Counted from the first letter of the stretch, positions 51,657 through 61,829 are shown. The stretch is DNA of 64,000 nucleotides from an uncultured virus (IMG/VR IMGVR_UViG_3300029286_000014) (IMGVR_UViG_3300029286_000014); one strand, 5' to 3'. Numbers and translations are program-made. Notes: generated by a model from the letters alone, not told the origin.

Positions 51657-51947
51657 ATGAAAAAAATAGTTATCATAATGTTTTTAATAATTATGTTTCT
51701 ATTAACAACAACATCAGTTTTAATCGCGTCACCAATTTTTAAAATAGATGCATCTTCTTCGTTTAAAGAATTTGAAATAAAAGAATTGCAAATTCAAATA
51801 GATCGATATAATTCTTATCATCAAATAGATTTTCGGCAAAAACCAACAAATGCTCCTGCCCCAGTTCCAGAACCAGCAACAATAATTTTATTGGGTTCAG
51901 GAATTATTTTCGTTGGAACTATGGTTCGAAGAAAACCAAAAGGCTGA
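51657..51947 (+). CDS. PEP-CTERM sorting-domain protein
   Basis: Signal peptide plus PVPEPATIILLGSG, a transmembrane segment and RRK. Confidence 0.85.
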   Translation: MKKIVIIMFLIIMFLLTTTSVLIASPIFKIDASSSFKEFEIKELQIQIDRYNSYHQIDFRQKPTNAPAPVPEPATIILLGSGIIFVGTMVRRKPKG

Positions 51948-51951
51948 TGAG

Positions 51952-52209
51952 ATGCCTATCTTAGAGATATGGATGATTATTATTGGTGCTTCATTGGCTT
52001 TTTCAAGTGTTCCACAGATTTTAAAAATAGTTAGAGAAAGAGAATCAAAAAGTGTTTCTATTCCATCATGGATAATAATTAGTCATGCAAATTTCTGGTG
52101 GCTTTGTTATGCAGTTGTTATAAAAAGTGTAAGTTTATTTGTAACAAATATGTTGTCATTGGGTATATCACTAATAACAATTATTGTAATTATGAGATAT
52201 AGAGAATAA
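51952..52209 (+). CDS. SemiSWEET / PQ-loop family transporter
   Basis: About 85 aa, three hydrophobic segments, VPQILKI.R..ESKSVS. Confidence 0.8.
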   Translation: MPILEIWMIIIGASLAFSSVPQILKIVRERESKSVSIPSWIIISHANFWWLCYAVVIKSVSLFVTNMLSLGISLITIIVIMRYRE

Positions 52210-52232
52210 ATTTATACTTTCATTATTTTAGA

Positions 52233-52410
52233 GTATCTATGAGATAAGCCACACACCGGGATGTCGATGAAGCTGAGGCTCGGGGGTGGAGACTTGTGTG
52301 AAACTATCAAAATGGATACGATGAGGATTCGGGAGTTATAATCCTCGATTGAGAATCGGCGCCGATAAACTCAATTAAAAGAGATGTGTTGAGCAAGCAT
52401 CTTACCTCCC
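52233..52410 (+). ncRNA. unclassified ~180-nt structured RNA
   Basis: Four stems and a GGGAG/CTCCC loop-tail pairing in a GC-richer intergenic gap. Confidence 0.5.
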
Positions 52411-52447
52411 AAAAATTTTTATAAAATAAAGGTCAAAGGCGGTTAAT

Positions 52448-52924
52448 ATGATTAAGGCTGCATATACAGGAACGTTTGATCCTTTCACAAAAGGGCATTC
52501 CGATATTCTAAGAAGAGCTTCTGGAATTTTTGATGAAGTTCTTGTTGGGGTTTTAAATAATGCAAATAAGAATTCTATGTTCACAATTTCAGAACGTGTT
52601 GATATAGTTGAACATTATTTTATAGATCTTCCAGAAAATATAAGCGTCAAAGGATATGACGGAACTTCTTTTAACTTTGTTGCTGAAAATAATGCTAATG
52701 TGATAATTAGAGGAATACGAGGAACATTAGATCTTGATATGGAAATGCAATATGCAATTATGAACAAAAAATATGCCGGACTTGAAACCATATTACTTTT
52801 TAGTGATCTTGAAAAATCAATAATAAGTTCAACATTAATAAAAACACTTTTCAAATCTGGCGTAAATATTCTCGAATTTGTAAATGAGTATACATACTTA
52901 AAAATGAAGGAGAAATTACAATGA
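52448..52924 (+). CDS. coaD: phosphopantetheine adenylyltransferase
   Basis: YTGTFDPFTKGH, IIRGIR, ISST motifs, 158 aa. Confidence 0.88.
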   Translation: MIKAAYTGTFDPFTKGHSDILRRASGIFDEVLVGVLNNANKNSMFTISERVDIVEHYFIDLPENISVKGYDGTSFNFVAENNANVIIRGIRGTLDLDMEMQYAIMNKKYAGLETILLFSDLEKSIISSTLIKTLFKSGVNILEFVNEYTYLKMKEKLQ

Positions 52925-53526
52925 TAGACTTTCATGAAGATATAAAATATACACAAATGTTTCTTGGTTTTTGTGGTTTCTACAAAGCAAAGGTTGATGG
53001 AATATGGGGGCCTAAAACGAATAAAGCAATGATTGAGTTTGAGATGCTAACTGAACATATAAAAGATGGTCATTCATTGGTAACTGATTTAAGATCTGAA
53101 AATTGTATATGTAGTCTTCACCCCAATGCACAACTTCTTGCTAGAGATTTTTTATTAAAGTGTGAAGATTTCCCAAATTTTAAAGTAAAAATAATCAGCG
53201 GATTAAGAAGTTACAGGGAACAAAGTATTTTATATGCAAAAGGAAGAACTACATCAGGAATTATAGTAACTAATTCTAAAGCTGGTCAATCATATCATAA
53301 CTTTGGTGTAGCTTTTGATTGTGGGATTTTTTCTAAAAATGGTACTTATTTAAGTGATGATGAATACTACAAAGAAATCGCAGAGAAAATAAAAGATATA
53401 ATGCAAATAGATTGGGGTGGTGATTGGGAAACATTTAAAGATTCCCCTCATTATCAGTTGATTAATTTACCATCAGTAACAAAAATACGAAAACTATTTG
53501 AAAGTGGAAAGGAGTTAATTATATGA
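52921..53526 (+). CDS. endolysin, M15 family peptidase with an N-terminal peptidoglycan-binding-like segment
   Basis: VDGIWGPKT, SGLRS..EQ..LYAKGRT, SYHNFGVAFD, WGGDW..F.D.PHYQ. Confidence 0.88.
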   Translation: MIDFHEDIKYTQMFLGFCGFYKAKVDGIWGPKTNKAMIEFEMLTEHIKDGHSLVTDLRSENCICSLHPNAQLLARDFLLKCEDFPNFKVKIISGLRSYREQSILYAKGRTTSGIIVTNSKAGQSYHNFGVAFDCGIFSKNGTYLSDDEYYKEIAEKIKDIMQIDWGGDWETFKDSPHYQLINLPSVTKIRKLFESGKELII

Positions 53527-53879
53527 AGATAAAAGTGTGTAACGTTACGAATAGTAGTTCATGTAGTTTTTTATTAATTGGAAAAAGAGTTACCATTGAA
53601 GAAGCAAAAGAAAAAAAATTTAAAAACTGTGTTTTTTATAATGGTGAATATATTGTTGATGTAGAGGAAATTATCGAAGATGAAGTACATGACGTAGAAA
53701 AATATATTAATATACATAGTTATGATGAAAATTCATTATATGAATCTTTGTTTGTTGAGCATATTTTTTCTGATGATGAGCCTATGAAAGAAGTTATATC
53801 TTTATATGATTTAGTAAAAGGTTTATCTGAAGAAGAATTGAAAAAATTTAAATTGATAACTGGAATAGCTATGTGTTAA
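53523..53879 (+). CDS. 'NVTNSSS' N-terminal motif protein 3
   Basis: MKIKVCNVTNSSSCSF. Confidence 0.7.
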   Translation: MKIKVCNVTNSSSCSFLLIGKRVTIEEAKEKKFKNCVFYNGEYIVDVEEIIEDEVHDVEKYINIHSYDENSLYESLFVEHIFSDDEPMKEVISLYDLVKGLSEEELKKFKLITGIAMC

Positions 53880-54114
53880 GGAACCATAAATGCGCGTTTT
53901 AAAAATTGATATGGAAATAGAAACATGCAACGAATGCGTTTATTGCAGATTGACATCACCATCTCATCCTGCATTAGACGTATTTTTTTGTTCATATGAA
54001 AAATCTTTTTCTTCCGAAACATCCCAGCCTTTAATCGCAAGAATATCAACTACAGCAGTCCCCCACATGCCTACACCTTCCTGGTGCCCACTACCAAATA
54101 AAAGGAGGATATAA

Positions 54115-54507
54115 ATGACTCTACATGCAAGTAATATAGTAAATACTTCAGGAATGTCATATTTAGTTTCATATGACAAGAAAAAAGAAAATCTTTCTGT
54201 TTTATTTTTAGACTTTTTTGTGGATTTTATTGAAAAAAAAGGAAACGTTTTTTTAAATCAAGACTATGAAATAATTGAGAACATTTCTGAGCATTATGAA
54301 GAATGTTTAAAAGAAGAAGAACTCTTCGAACACAAAGATAGACAGTACATAGAATACTTGATAGATAAAATCAATCTATGTAAGAAAGAACAAAAAAAAG
54401 GAAAAACTGTTATAAAAATAGTGGTTAGTAATGGAGACGAAATTGTTTCAGCTATCTTAGAAAAAGGAAATAAATTAAAAGAGATTAAACTTATAGAAGG
54501 AGATTAA
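54115..54507 (+). CDS. hypothetical protein, possible diverged NVTNSSS-family member
   Basis: MTLHASNIVNTSGMSYLVS. Confidence 0.45.
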   Translation: MTLHASNIVNTSGMSYLVSYDKKKENLSVLFLDFFVDFIEKKGNVFLNQDYEIIENISEHYEECLKEEELFEHKDRQYIEYLIDKINLCKKEQKKGKTVIKIVVSNGDEIVSAILEKGNKLKEIKLIEGD

Positions 54508-54508
54508 T

Positions 54509-55522
54509 ATGAGTTACATTGAAAGTCAAAAGTTAAAAGAAATTCTTTGTAAAATGAATAAGCTTAAAGTTTTAGTCATTGGTGATTTAATGTTAGACGA
54601 ATATATCTGGGGAAAAGTTGAAAGAATTTCCCCAGAAGCTCCAGTTCCAATTGTTGATGTTGTGAAAGAAGAAATAAAGTTGGGAGGCGCAGGAAACGTT
54701 GTTAGAAACTTAGCAAGTTTAGGATGCACAGTTTACATTGGTTCTGTTATTGGTATTGATGATGCTGGTGATAAAGTTAGAAAACTTTTGAGAAAAGAAA
54801 AAACAAATCTAAAATTTTTAATGAATGATGATCGAAGACAAACAACTGTTAAAACAAGACTGATGGCACATACACAACAACTTGTAAGAATTGATAGAGA
54901 AGACAAATACGCAATTGATAAAAATCAAAGAGATCATATTCTCTATACGTTGGGGGAAGAAGAAAAAAATATTGATGCAATAGTTATTTCAGACTACAAC
55001 AAAGGTGTTGTTAATGCCAAATTAATAAGTGAAATTATTAAATTCACAAAAGATGGGCGTAGAATTCCAATAATTGCTGATCCAAAGAAAAACTTCTTGA
55101 ATTACAAAGGAGTTGATATTTTAACTCCTAATTTGAAGGAACTAGGTTTATATAGTGGAAACATAGTTGAGTCAGAAATTGATGTTGTTGAGACTTCACG
55201 AAAAGTTATTGAATCCTCAGAATTAAAAGCTATCCTTGTTACAAAAGGACCTCAAGGAATGAGTTTAATTGCTAAAGATTTTGCATATGATATTCCAACA
55301 TTTGCTCAAGAAGTTTACGATGTTACAGGAGCTGGTGATACTGTGATTGCATGTTTTACATTGGCACTGTTATCAGGAGCTTCAACATACGAGGCAGCAT
55401 TAATATCAAACGTAGCTGCTGGAATTGTTGTAGGTGAAGTTGGTGCAGCAGTTGTCACACAAGAAGAACTATTGAAGAAATGTATTGGTATAATTAGTAT
55501 TGAAGGAAAAAAAGATGAATGA
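54509..55522 (+). CDS. rfaE1: heptose-7-phosphate kinase (HldE/RfaE domain I, PfkB family)
   Basis: GDLMLDEY..G.VERISPEAPVP, GGAGNV, SDYNKG, TPN..E, DVTGAGDT. Confidence 0.9.
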   Translation: MSYIESQKLKEILCKMNKLKVLVIGDLMLDEYIWGKVERISPEAPVPIVDVVKEEIKLGGAGNVVRNLASLGCTVYIGSVIGIDDAGDKVRKLLRKEKTNLKFLMNDDRRQTTVKTRLMAHTQQLVRIDREDKYAIDKNQRDHILYTLGEEEKNIDAIVISDYNKGVVNAKLISEIIKFTKDGRRIPIIADPKKNFLNYKGVDILTPNLKELGLYSGNIVESEIDVVETSRKVIESSELKAILVTKGPQGMSLIAKDFAYDIPTFAQEVYDVTGAGDTVIACFTLALLSGASTYEAALISNVAAGIVVGEVGAAVVTQEELLKKCIGIISIEGKKDE

Positions 55523-56003
55523 AATTCTAATAGTAGCCCCACACATTGATGATGAGGTTATTTCATCTTTTGAGATTTTAGAAACAAAAGTATTAACAAC
55601 AATTATATATACAGATTGTGAAGATTGGTCTGATGTTAGAAGAAGCGAAATTGAAAAAATACGGGGTATATTCAATATAAAAAATATTCTTTTTTTCAGT
55701 GATCTCACCAATTATTATGTAGATTTTATGACAAAAATAAAATATACTTATTATTTTCCAGATCCAATATATGAAACTCATCCTGAACATAGAAAACAGG
55801 GATATATTGGGGAACAAATGTTTAGAGATGGAAAAGATGTAGTATTTTACAACACAACAATGACAGCACCATATATACATAAAGTTAAAAATTGGCAACG
55901 AAAGAAAGAAATTTTAAATAAATTATACCCAAGTCAGAAAAGTTTATGGGAATACGAACATAAGTATTTTCTGTGGGAAGGAAGATGTAAATATCTTCCA
56001 TAA
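55515..56003 (+). CDS. PIG-L/LmbE family deacetylase-like protein
   Basis: IVAPHIDDE, R..E, HPEH. Confidence 0.75.
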   Translation: MNEILIVAPHIDDEVISSFEILETKVLTTIIYTDCEDWSDVRRSEIEKIRGIFNIKNILFFSDLTNYYVDFMTKIKYTYYFPDPIYETHPEHRKQGYIGEQMFRDGKDVVFYNTTMTAPYIHKVKNWQRKKEILNKLYPSQKSLWEYEHKYFLWEGRCKYLP

Positions 56004-56014
56004 CAGATATAGGT

Positions 56015-56028
56015 TATATATATTAATT
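56015..56028 (+). promoter_or_regulatory. candidate early promoter TATATATATTAATT
   Basis: Exact motif copy upstream of 56054. Confidence 0.7.
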
Positions 56029-56053
56029 TATAAGTAAAATAAAAGAGGAGAAA

Positions 56054-56455
56054 ATGGACAAAAAAATTTTAGATTCATTTAAGCTTGAATTTTTTAAGGA
56101 AATAAAGGAATACAAAAGAGTTGAGGAAAAGATTAGGGATCCAAGGTGTACAAAATTTACACTGACTGATGGCAAAACAAAATACGCCATTGTCGGGGCA
56201 CTTCCATTAAAAGGTGTAGGAGTAAACATGATTCTCGCTGTACACCAAGATCATGATGGAAATGGTATTTTGAAAGATGCTTCAGATCTGTTGATAAAAA
56301 AATATAAAACCACAATCATTGTTGATGTCGAAAAAACATCTCCTGAAATCCAAAAATATTTGAATGCAGGATTTGTTAAAGATGATACGGAAATAAGAAA
56401 AAATCAAATAAGATTGGTGAAAGAGAAAGGAGGCTCTTGTGAAAAAGAAAGTTAA
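56054..56455 (+). CDS. GNAT-like acetyltransferase
   Basis: AVHQDHDGNGI and YLNAGF resemble GNAT motifs A and B. Confidence 0.5.
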   Translation: MDKKILDSFKLEFFKEIKEYKRVEEKIRDPRCTKFTLTDGKTKYAIVGALPLKGVGVNMILAVHQDHDGNGILKDASDLLIKKYKTTIIVDVEKTSPEIQKYLNAGFVKDDTEIRKNQIRLVKEKGGSCEKES

Positions 56456-56985
56456 AGAGATAACGATCTTTGTTTTATTAATATCTTTTATGTTGTTATC
56501 AGAGGCATGCTCAACTGTTAAAAAAGCTTTCAATCCAGATCCTGGATTAAAAGCTAAAGTTGAGAATGTTCTTCTTAAAAAAAATTATTACGTTATTGTA
56601 ACTAATAAGGGAACATTTATATGTGGAAATTGTGATTATGTTATACATAGTCAGAAATACTATAGATTTTACTTAGAAGGAAATAAAGTTATAAAAATGG
56701 AAATAATTAAGGAAACAAAAAAATCAAAAAGGAGTTAAAATGAAAGCATTTTTTGGATTGTCATTAATTTTTGGGGGAATTATTCTTGGGGTGTATGTTG
56801 GTGTGTGGGTTATGTTTGTTGGTGGAATTGTTCAATGTATTGAACAAGTAAGAGCAGAAAATATGCAAGCAACAATTCTGGCATATGGTATCCTCAAAAT
56901 AATATCTGCTGGATTTATTGGGTGGGGAACTGCTATTCTTTTAGTTATTCCAGGTGTTGCAGTATTGAAAAAATGAGGAGAATAT

Positions 56986-57312
56986 ATGAGAATGTGGAAT
57001 GTTCCGACAAAAATGATGTGTAGACAACATCTATTGGGAGAGCATCTAGAAACACATATGTTTCACTCATCAATTCTTCAAGGTAGAAAGATTACAGGAT
57101 TTATAACAAATGGTCTTGTTGAAACTGACAAGATCAAAGAAAGACATGATGCGCTTGTTGAAGAAATGATTTCTCGAGGGTATAACCATAAGACTCCTAT
57201 GGAAGAAAACAATTTTCCTCAACAAGGTCGGGTTGATATTTCTAAAAACATTAACATATTAATAAATAAATGTGTTAATTGTAAAGAAAGACATATAAGG
57301 CTTGTGCAATAA
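56986..57312 (+). CDS. pyrimidine dimer DNA glycosylase / endonuclease V-like protein
   Basis: MRMW......MCRQHLLGEH.E.H and RH..L..EM..RGY.H. Confidence 0.8.
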   Translation: MRMWNVPTKMMCRQHLLGEHLETHMFHSSILQGRKITGFITNGLVETDKIKERHDALVEEMISRGYNHKTPMEENNFPQQGRVDISKNINILINKCVNCKERHIRLVQ

Positions 57313-57356
57313 GCCTTATTTTTTTTATAAATTTTATTTAAGAAAAGGAGAATAGT

Positions 57357-57950
57357 GTGTATATAATTGATCTTGACCCTATGTTTTTTAAACTTTTTAA
57401 AAAGGTCGGTGCTTCCTATACTGGAAATATGACACAAGGAGATGATATTTCTGCTCTCCTTTCATTAACAAATGCATTTAGACCAAAAAGATTTTTAGAA
57501 ATTGGTGTAAACCTCGGGCATACCGCAAAACAGATTCTTCAATACTCTCCATTCATTGAAACATATATTGGTGTTGATATTCCCTTTGATCAAAAAGAAA
57601 AAACTTTAGGAGATCAAAGTAAGGAAGTTCCAGAAACCGCAGGAATTGTATGTACAGACAAAAGATTAACAACAATATTAAGACCTTATGGCGTTAAAAA
57701 TATAGATCCAGCAGAAATAGGAACATTCGATTTTATTTTTATTGATGGGGATCACTCTGTAGAAGGAATAACTATTGATACCGAATTTTCAGAAAAAATA
57801 TTGAATCCTGGGGGAGTAATTGTTTGGCATGATTATGTTTGTTTGCCACTTGTTTCAGCTTATTTAGATCTTTATAATGATACAAAATGTGATAATCGTC
57901 TTTGGTGGATTAAAGGAACATCTTTAGCATTTAGAATTGGAACATTATAA
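57357..57950 (+). CDS. class I SAM-dependent methyltransferase (Methyltransf_24-like)
   Basis: [31 protein letters not shown]. Confidence 0.85.
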   Translation: MYIIDLDPMFFKLFKKVGASYTGNMTQGDDISALLSLTNAFRPKRFLEIGVNLGHTAKQILQYSPFIETYIGVDIPFDQKEKTLGDQSKEVPETAGIVCTDKRLTTILRPYGVKNIDPAEIGTFDFIFIDGDHSVEGITIDTEFSEKILNPGGVIVWHDYVCLPLVSAYLDLYNDTKCDNRLWWIKGTSLAFRIGTL

Positions 57951-57960
57951 GGAGAAATAT

Positions 57961-58911
57961 ATGGGAAAAAGAATTTTGGTAACTGGAGGATGTGGATTTT
58001 TAGGAAGTCATTTGTGTGAAAGATTATTAAATGAAGAGAATGAAGTAATTTGTTTAGATAATTTGATGACAAGTTCAAAGAATAATATTAGACATTTATT
58101 AGACAATCACTATTTTGAATTTATAAGACATGATGTTACAGTTCCAATAAAATTAGAAGTTGACCAAATATACAATTTAGCTTGTCCTGCTTCTCCCATT
58201 CATTATCAGAAAGACCCAGTTAAAACAATCAGAACATCAGTTATGGGTGCTATAAACATGCTCGATTTAGCTAAAGAAACAGGAGCAAGAATCCTTCAAA
58301 CTTCAACATCAGAAGTATATGGTGATCCTATTGAACATCCCCAAAAAGAAACATATTGGGGGAATGTAAATCCTATTGGAATAAGAAGTTGTTACGATGA
58401 AGGAAAAAGAGTTGCAGAGACTTTGTTTTATGATTATAATAGAAACTGGAATGTTGATATAAGAGTTGTAAGAATATTCAATACTTATGGACCAAGAATG
58501 CATCCAAATGATGGAAGAGTAGTTTCAAATTTTATTGTCCAGGCTCTAAAAGGAGAAGACCTAACAATTTATGGGGATGGAAAACAAACAAGATGTTTTT
58601 GTTATGTTTCTGATACTGTTGATGGACTTATAAAAACTATGGAATCAGATTATATTTATCCAATAAATATAGGAAATCCTGATGAAAAGTCTATAATATC
58701 ATTTGCAAACATAATAATAGATTTAATAAATCCAAAACTTAAAATAAGTTGTAAAACACCACTTCCAAAAGATGATCCAATGCAAAGAATGCCAGATATA
58801 GATATTGCAGGAAAAGTTTTAAAATGGAAACCAAGAGTTGATTTAAGAATAGGTTTGAGATTAACAATAGAATATTTTGGAAATAAGTTAAGTAAAGGAG
58901 ATATGAATTAA
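57961..58911 (+). CDS. UDP-glucuronate decarboxylase-like NAD-dependent epimerase/dehydratase
   Basis: [47 protein letters not shown]. Confidence 0.92.
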   Translation: MGKRILVTGGCGFLGSHLCERLLNEENEVICLDNLMTSSKNNIRHLLDNHYFEFIRHDVTVPIKLEVDQIYNLACPASPIHYQKDPVKTIRTSVMGAINMLDLAKETGARILQTSTSEVYGDPIEHPQKETYWGNVNPIGIRSCYDEGKRVAETLFYDYNRNWNVDIRVVRIFNTYGPRMHPNDGRVVSNFIVQALKGEDLTIYGDGKQTRCFCYVSDTVDGLIKTMESDYIYPINIGNPDEKSIISFANIIIDLINPKLKISCKTPLPKDDPMQRMPDIDIAGKVLKWKPRVDLRIGLRLTIEYFGNKLSKGDMN

Positions 58912-59549
58912 TGTTCCTAAGTTTTAAAAGCAAAGGAATTGCAATAAAATATTTTTCTGATATGTTAAAAAAATATAATGCTGGAGATATATTAGATTAT
59001 GAAGACTTCAAAAAAGTTATGGAAATATTAGAAGTACATCCTTCTTATGAAGAAAAAATATCAGGAGGAGTAAAAAATATATTAATTTTATATGATAAAT
59101 ATGGGCATAAGGGATTTAATATTGAGCAAGATAATGGAAATATTTTAAATTTTAGTTTTTATAGATGTATAAATGGAGCTTTAAAGAAAAAGGAACTATT
59201 CATTCAAGCAGCTAGACATTCAATAATGAATGATATAATTACATTTAAAAAAACTTATTTTTCTGAAAATAAAGATACAGAAAATAAAGTTATATGCCCA
59301 ATATCAAAAGACCTTGTTGGGTGGTATGAATGTCATGTAGATCACGAACATCCAAAATTTCATGAAATCGTAAGTATGTTCATTGAACAAAAAAATATTG
59401 ATTTAGATAAAGTAGAATATGAAAATATTGTGAATGGGCAAGGAAATACCTTCTCCGACAAAAGATTCGAGAGCGAGTTTGTCGATTTCCATAATGATGT
59501 TGCTAAATTAAGAATTTTAAAAGCTGAAACTAACATTAAATTAAAATAA
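58911..59549 (+). CDS. DUF3223/DCL-like protein with a C-terminal HNH-like motif
   Basis: HPSYEEKI..G...FSFYRCI and CHVDH. Confidence 0.6.
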   Translation: MFLSFKSKGIAIKYFSDMLKKYNAGDILDYEDFKKVMEILEVHPSYEEKISGGVKNILILYDKYGHKGFNIEQDNGNILNFSFYRCINGALKKKELFIQAARHSIMNDIITFKKTYFSENKDTENKVICPISKDLVGWYECHVDHEHPKFHEIVSMFIEQKNIDLDKVEYENIVNGQGNTFSDKRFESEFVDFHNDVAKLRILKAETNIKLK

Positions 59550-60062
59550 AGGAGAATTTTATGAAACATTATAAAGAAATTACTGCATATCATGTTATTT
59601 TTGAAACTGATTTGAAAAAGCTAGACGATAGAGTTAATAACTTAATAAGTAATTGTCTTTGTGAACCAGTTGGTGGATTAAGAATAACGGATGATGGATT
59701 TTATCAAACACTGATTGAATATGAATGGTTTAGTGAAGAAGAATTTAACAAATAAAATTATAAAGGAGAAATTTATGATTACTTACAGTACAAATGATTT
59801 TTTGAAAGCAACCGTTGGAAAAGCGATTAGAAGAGCAAGTTGGGATAAATCACAAAAATTTATTGTAGATGGATTAGAAAAAAATGACAATGAAGGGGAT
59901 TCAGTGTATATCTCAGGTAAACTATCTGACCGGGTGTGTCAATTTAGAATGGATACTGCCGATAATGAAGACATATGGGTCTTCTGTAATACTGGAAATC
60001 CTGTTATATGCACAATGATGGTTAGTAAGGATTAATAAAATAATTGCTAAAAAGGAAATAAT

Positions 60063-60992
60063 ATGTCAAGAATAATATTCGTACCTCAGTTTCCAACACC
60101 TTTAAGATATCAAGAGTTTTTTTTCACTGAAATTCCTAATGAGTTATCGAAACATTATGACGAAGTTATTGTTTTAGGAAAAGGTGTTGCTCCTAGAGAT
60201 GGTGTTGAATATGACAAGAAATTATTCTCACCAATAGATACAGCTTGTCAAGTCGAAATTTATCAGATGAGAGAGTATATGGCTCTAAAGTTGAAGGGTG
60301 ATGATACTCTGCTGCATATGGATCTTTCATTCCCGGGACTTTTTCATAATATTCTTTATCATAAAAGACCAATGAACTGTTATTGTTATTGTCATGCTAC
60401 AAGTCTTAATACTGGTGATTTATTTGAATGGGATAGAAATAGCAAATGGCATACAGAATTAGGTAATTCAAAACTTTATGACAGAATTTTTGTTGGAAGT
60501 AAATATCACGCAGATAAATTAAGATTAGCTAATACAGAAGTTGTTGGATTACCTATTCCTCCATTTCCAACTTTTAAAGAAGAAAAGATATATGACATTA
60601 TTTCAGTTGCCAGACCTAATCCTCAAAAAGTTGATGCTGAATTAGAGAATCATGTTAAAAAATTATTTGGTCCTATTGTAAGAAAAGAATGCAAAACATG
60701 GGAAGAATATTATAAGTTTTTATCTAGTGCAAAAATATTACTCATAAGTTCAATTGAGGATACATTCAATTATTCAATAATGGAAGCAATTTTAAACAAT
60801 ACAATTGTTCTTGCTCCAAACAGATGTTCATACCCAGAATTATTACCTAGTGAATATATTTATTATGATAGAACCAATTTAGATCTTAAAATAAAATACT
60901 ATTTAAATAATTATAAACTTGTTCCTGAACTTTTGTGTTTAGACATGTGTAAAAACTTTTACAATAATATTTCTAATATAATTAAGCAATAA
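60063..60992 (+). CDS. GT-B fold glycosyltransferase
   Basis: EDTFNYSIMEA......LAPNRCSYPE is a GT4-like ExF..S.xEA motif. Confidence 0.7.
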   Translation: MSRIIFVPQFPTPLRYQEFFFTEIPNELSKHYDEVIVLGKGVAPRDGVEYDKKLFSPIDTACQVEIYQMREYMALKLKGDDTLLHMDLSFPGLFHNILYHKRPMNCYCYCHATSLNTGDLFEWDRNSKWHTELGNSKLYDRIFVGSKYHADKLRLANTEVVGLPIPPFPTFKEEKIYDIISVARPNPQKVDAELENHVKKLFGPIVRKECKTWEEYYKFLSSAKILLISSIEDTFNYSIMEAILNNTIVLAPNRCSYPELLPSEYIYYDRTNLDLKIKYYLNNYKLVPELLCLDMCKNFYNNISNIIKQ

Positions 60993-61020
60993 AAAAAGGG
61001 CTTCTTTCGAAGCCTCTTTT
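60991..61020. terminator. bidirectional terminator between convergent genes
   Basis: A run, GGCTTC/GAAGCC stem, T run. Confidence 0.7.
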
Positions 61021-61034
61021 GAACGACTTAAACT

Positions 61035-61310
61035 TTAAGCCTCCGGTTTCGGTTCCAGTTCCGGAGCAGCTTGTGATTTAAGCCTTACCACGGTATACGT
61101 CTTGTTTGCAGCGAGAGATAGTTCCGCTTCTTTGTTATCCCACGGAGTCAACTTCTTCTCAATTTTAAAAGAATTTTCTTTCCGCTTCAGATACAATACT
61201 GCTGCCTTGTCCACGCGCATCGTCAACAGCGACTTTGCAACTGTATCTTCAAAGATCTTCCTCTGCTCAAGTTCGTAAATCTTTTGTGTTTTCGTTTTGA
61301 ATATTGCCAT
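61035..61310 (-). CDS. hypothetical early protein
   Basis: SD AAGGAGG, near-consensus early motif at 61378..61391 (minus strand). Confidence 0.65.
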   Translation of the reverse strand: MAIFKTKTQKIYELEQRKIFEDTVAKSLLTMRVDKAAVLYLKRKENSFKIEKKLTPWDNKEAELSLAANKTYTVVRLKSQAAPELEPKPEA

Positions 61311-61489
61311 TTTATTCCTCCTTCTATCGTTGTTTTTTTTTGAAAGATAAAGATATGGCAATCCTCATTCTTTCATAAATCAATATATATAACGTTGTTT
61401 ATTTTAAATGGAAAGGAATATTATATTCCTATTATTATATATGTAGCAAATTTCAGCAAATAAAAAATGGGCATTTCTGCCCATTCTAC

Positions 61490-61735
61490 TTATAGTTCTG
61501 TTGTAACCTTTTTAGGTTCTTTCCATAATAGCTCAAACCAAACTTGAGACACAATTGTCACCAAAATAGTATACCCCAAAAAGTACCACTTGTATTTGCT
61601 TGCAATTCTAAACCAGAATGTGATGAACCTGGGGAGCCACTTTATAGCTGCAATTTTTCCATTTAGATCCCAAATATTAGATAGTGCCGCTCCCACTATA
61701 CCGATGATACCACTAATTCTTAAAAACCAAATCAT
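61490..61735 (-). CDS. small two-transmembrane protein
   Basis: Start re-called after AAGGAG. Early motif at 61772..61785 (minus), terminator at about 61461..61486. Confidence 0.65.
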   Translation of the reverse strand: MIWFLRISGIIGIVGAALSNIWDLNGKIAAIKWLPRFITFWFRIASKYKWYFLGYTILVTIVSQVWFELLWKEPKKVTTEL

Positions 61736-61829
61736 GTCGTTGGTCTCCTTCACTGTTTTATTTTGTTCATCAATTAATATATATAATAAACTTAGAAATA
61801 AAAAAGGGGCATCACTGCCCCCTGCGGTA

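Noticed and set aside
52255..52305. Hammerhead ribozyme (GATGA ... GAAAC)
   Set aside because: The CTGATGA core is not intact and the three required stems could not be built.
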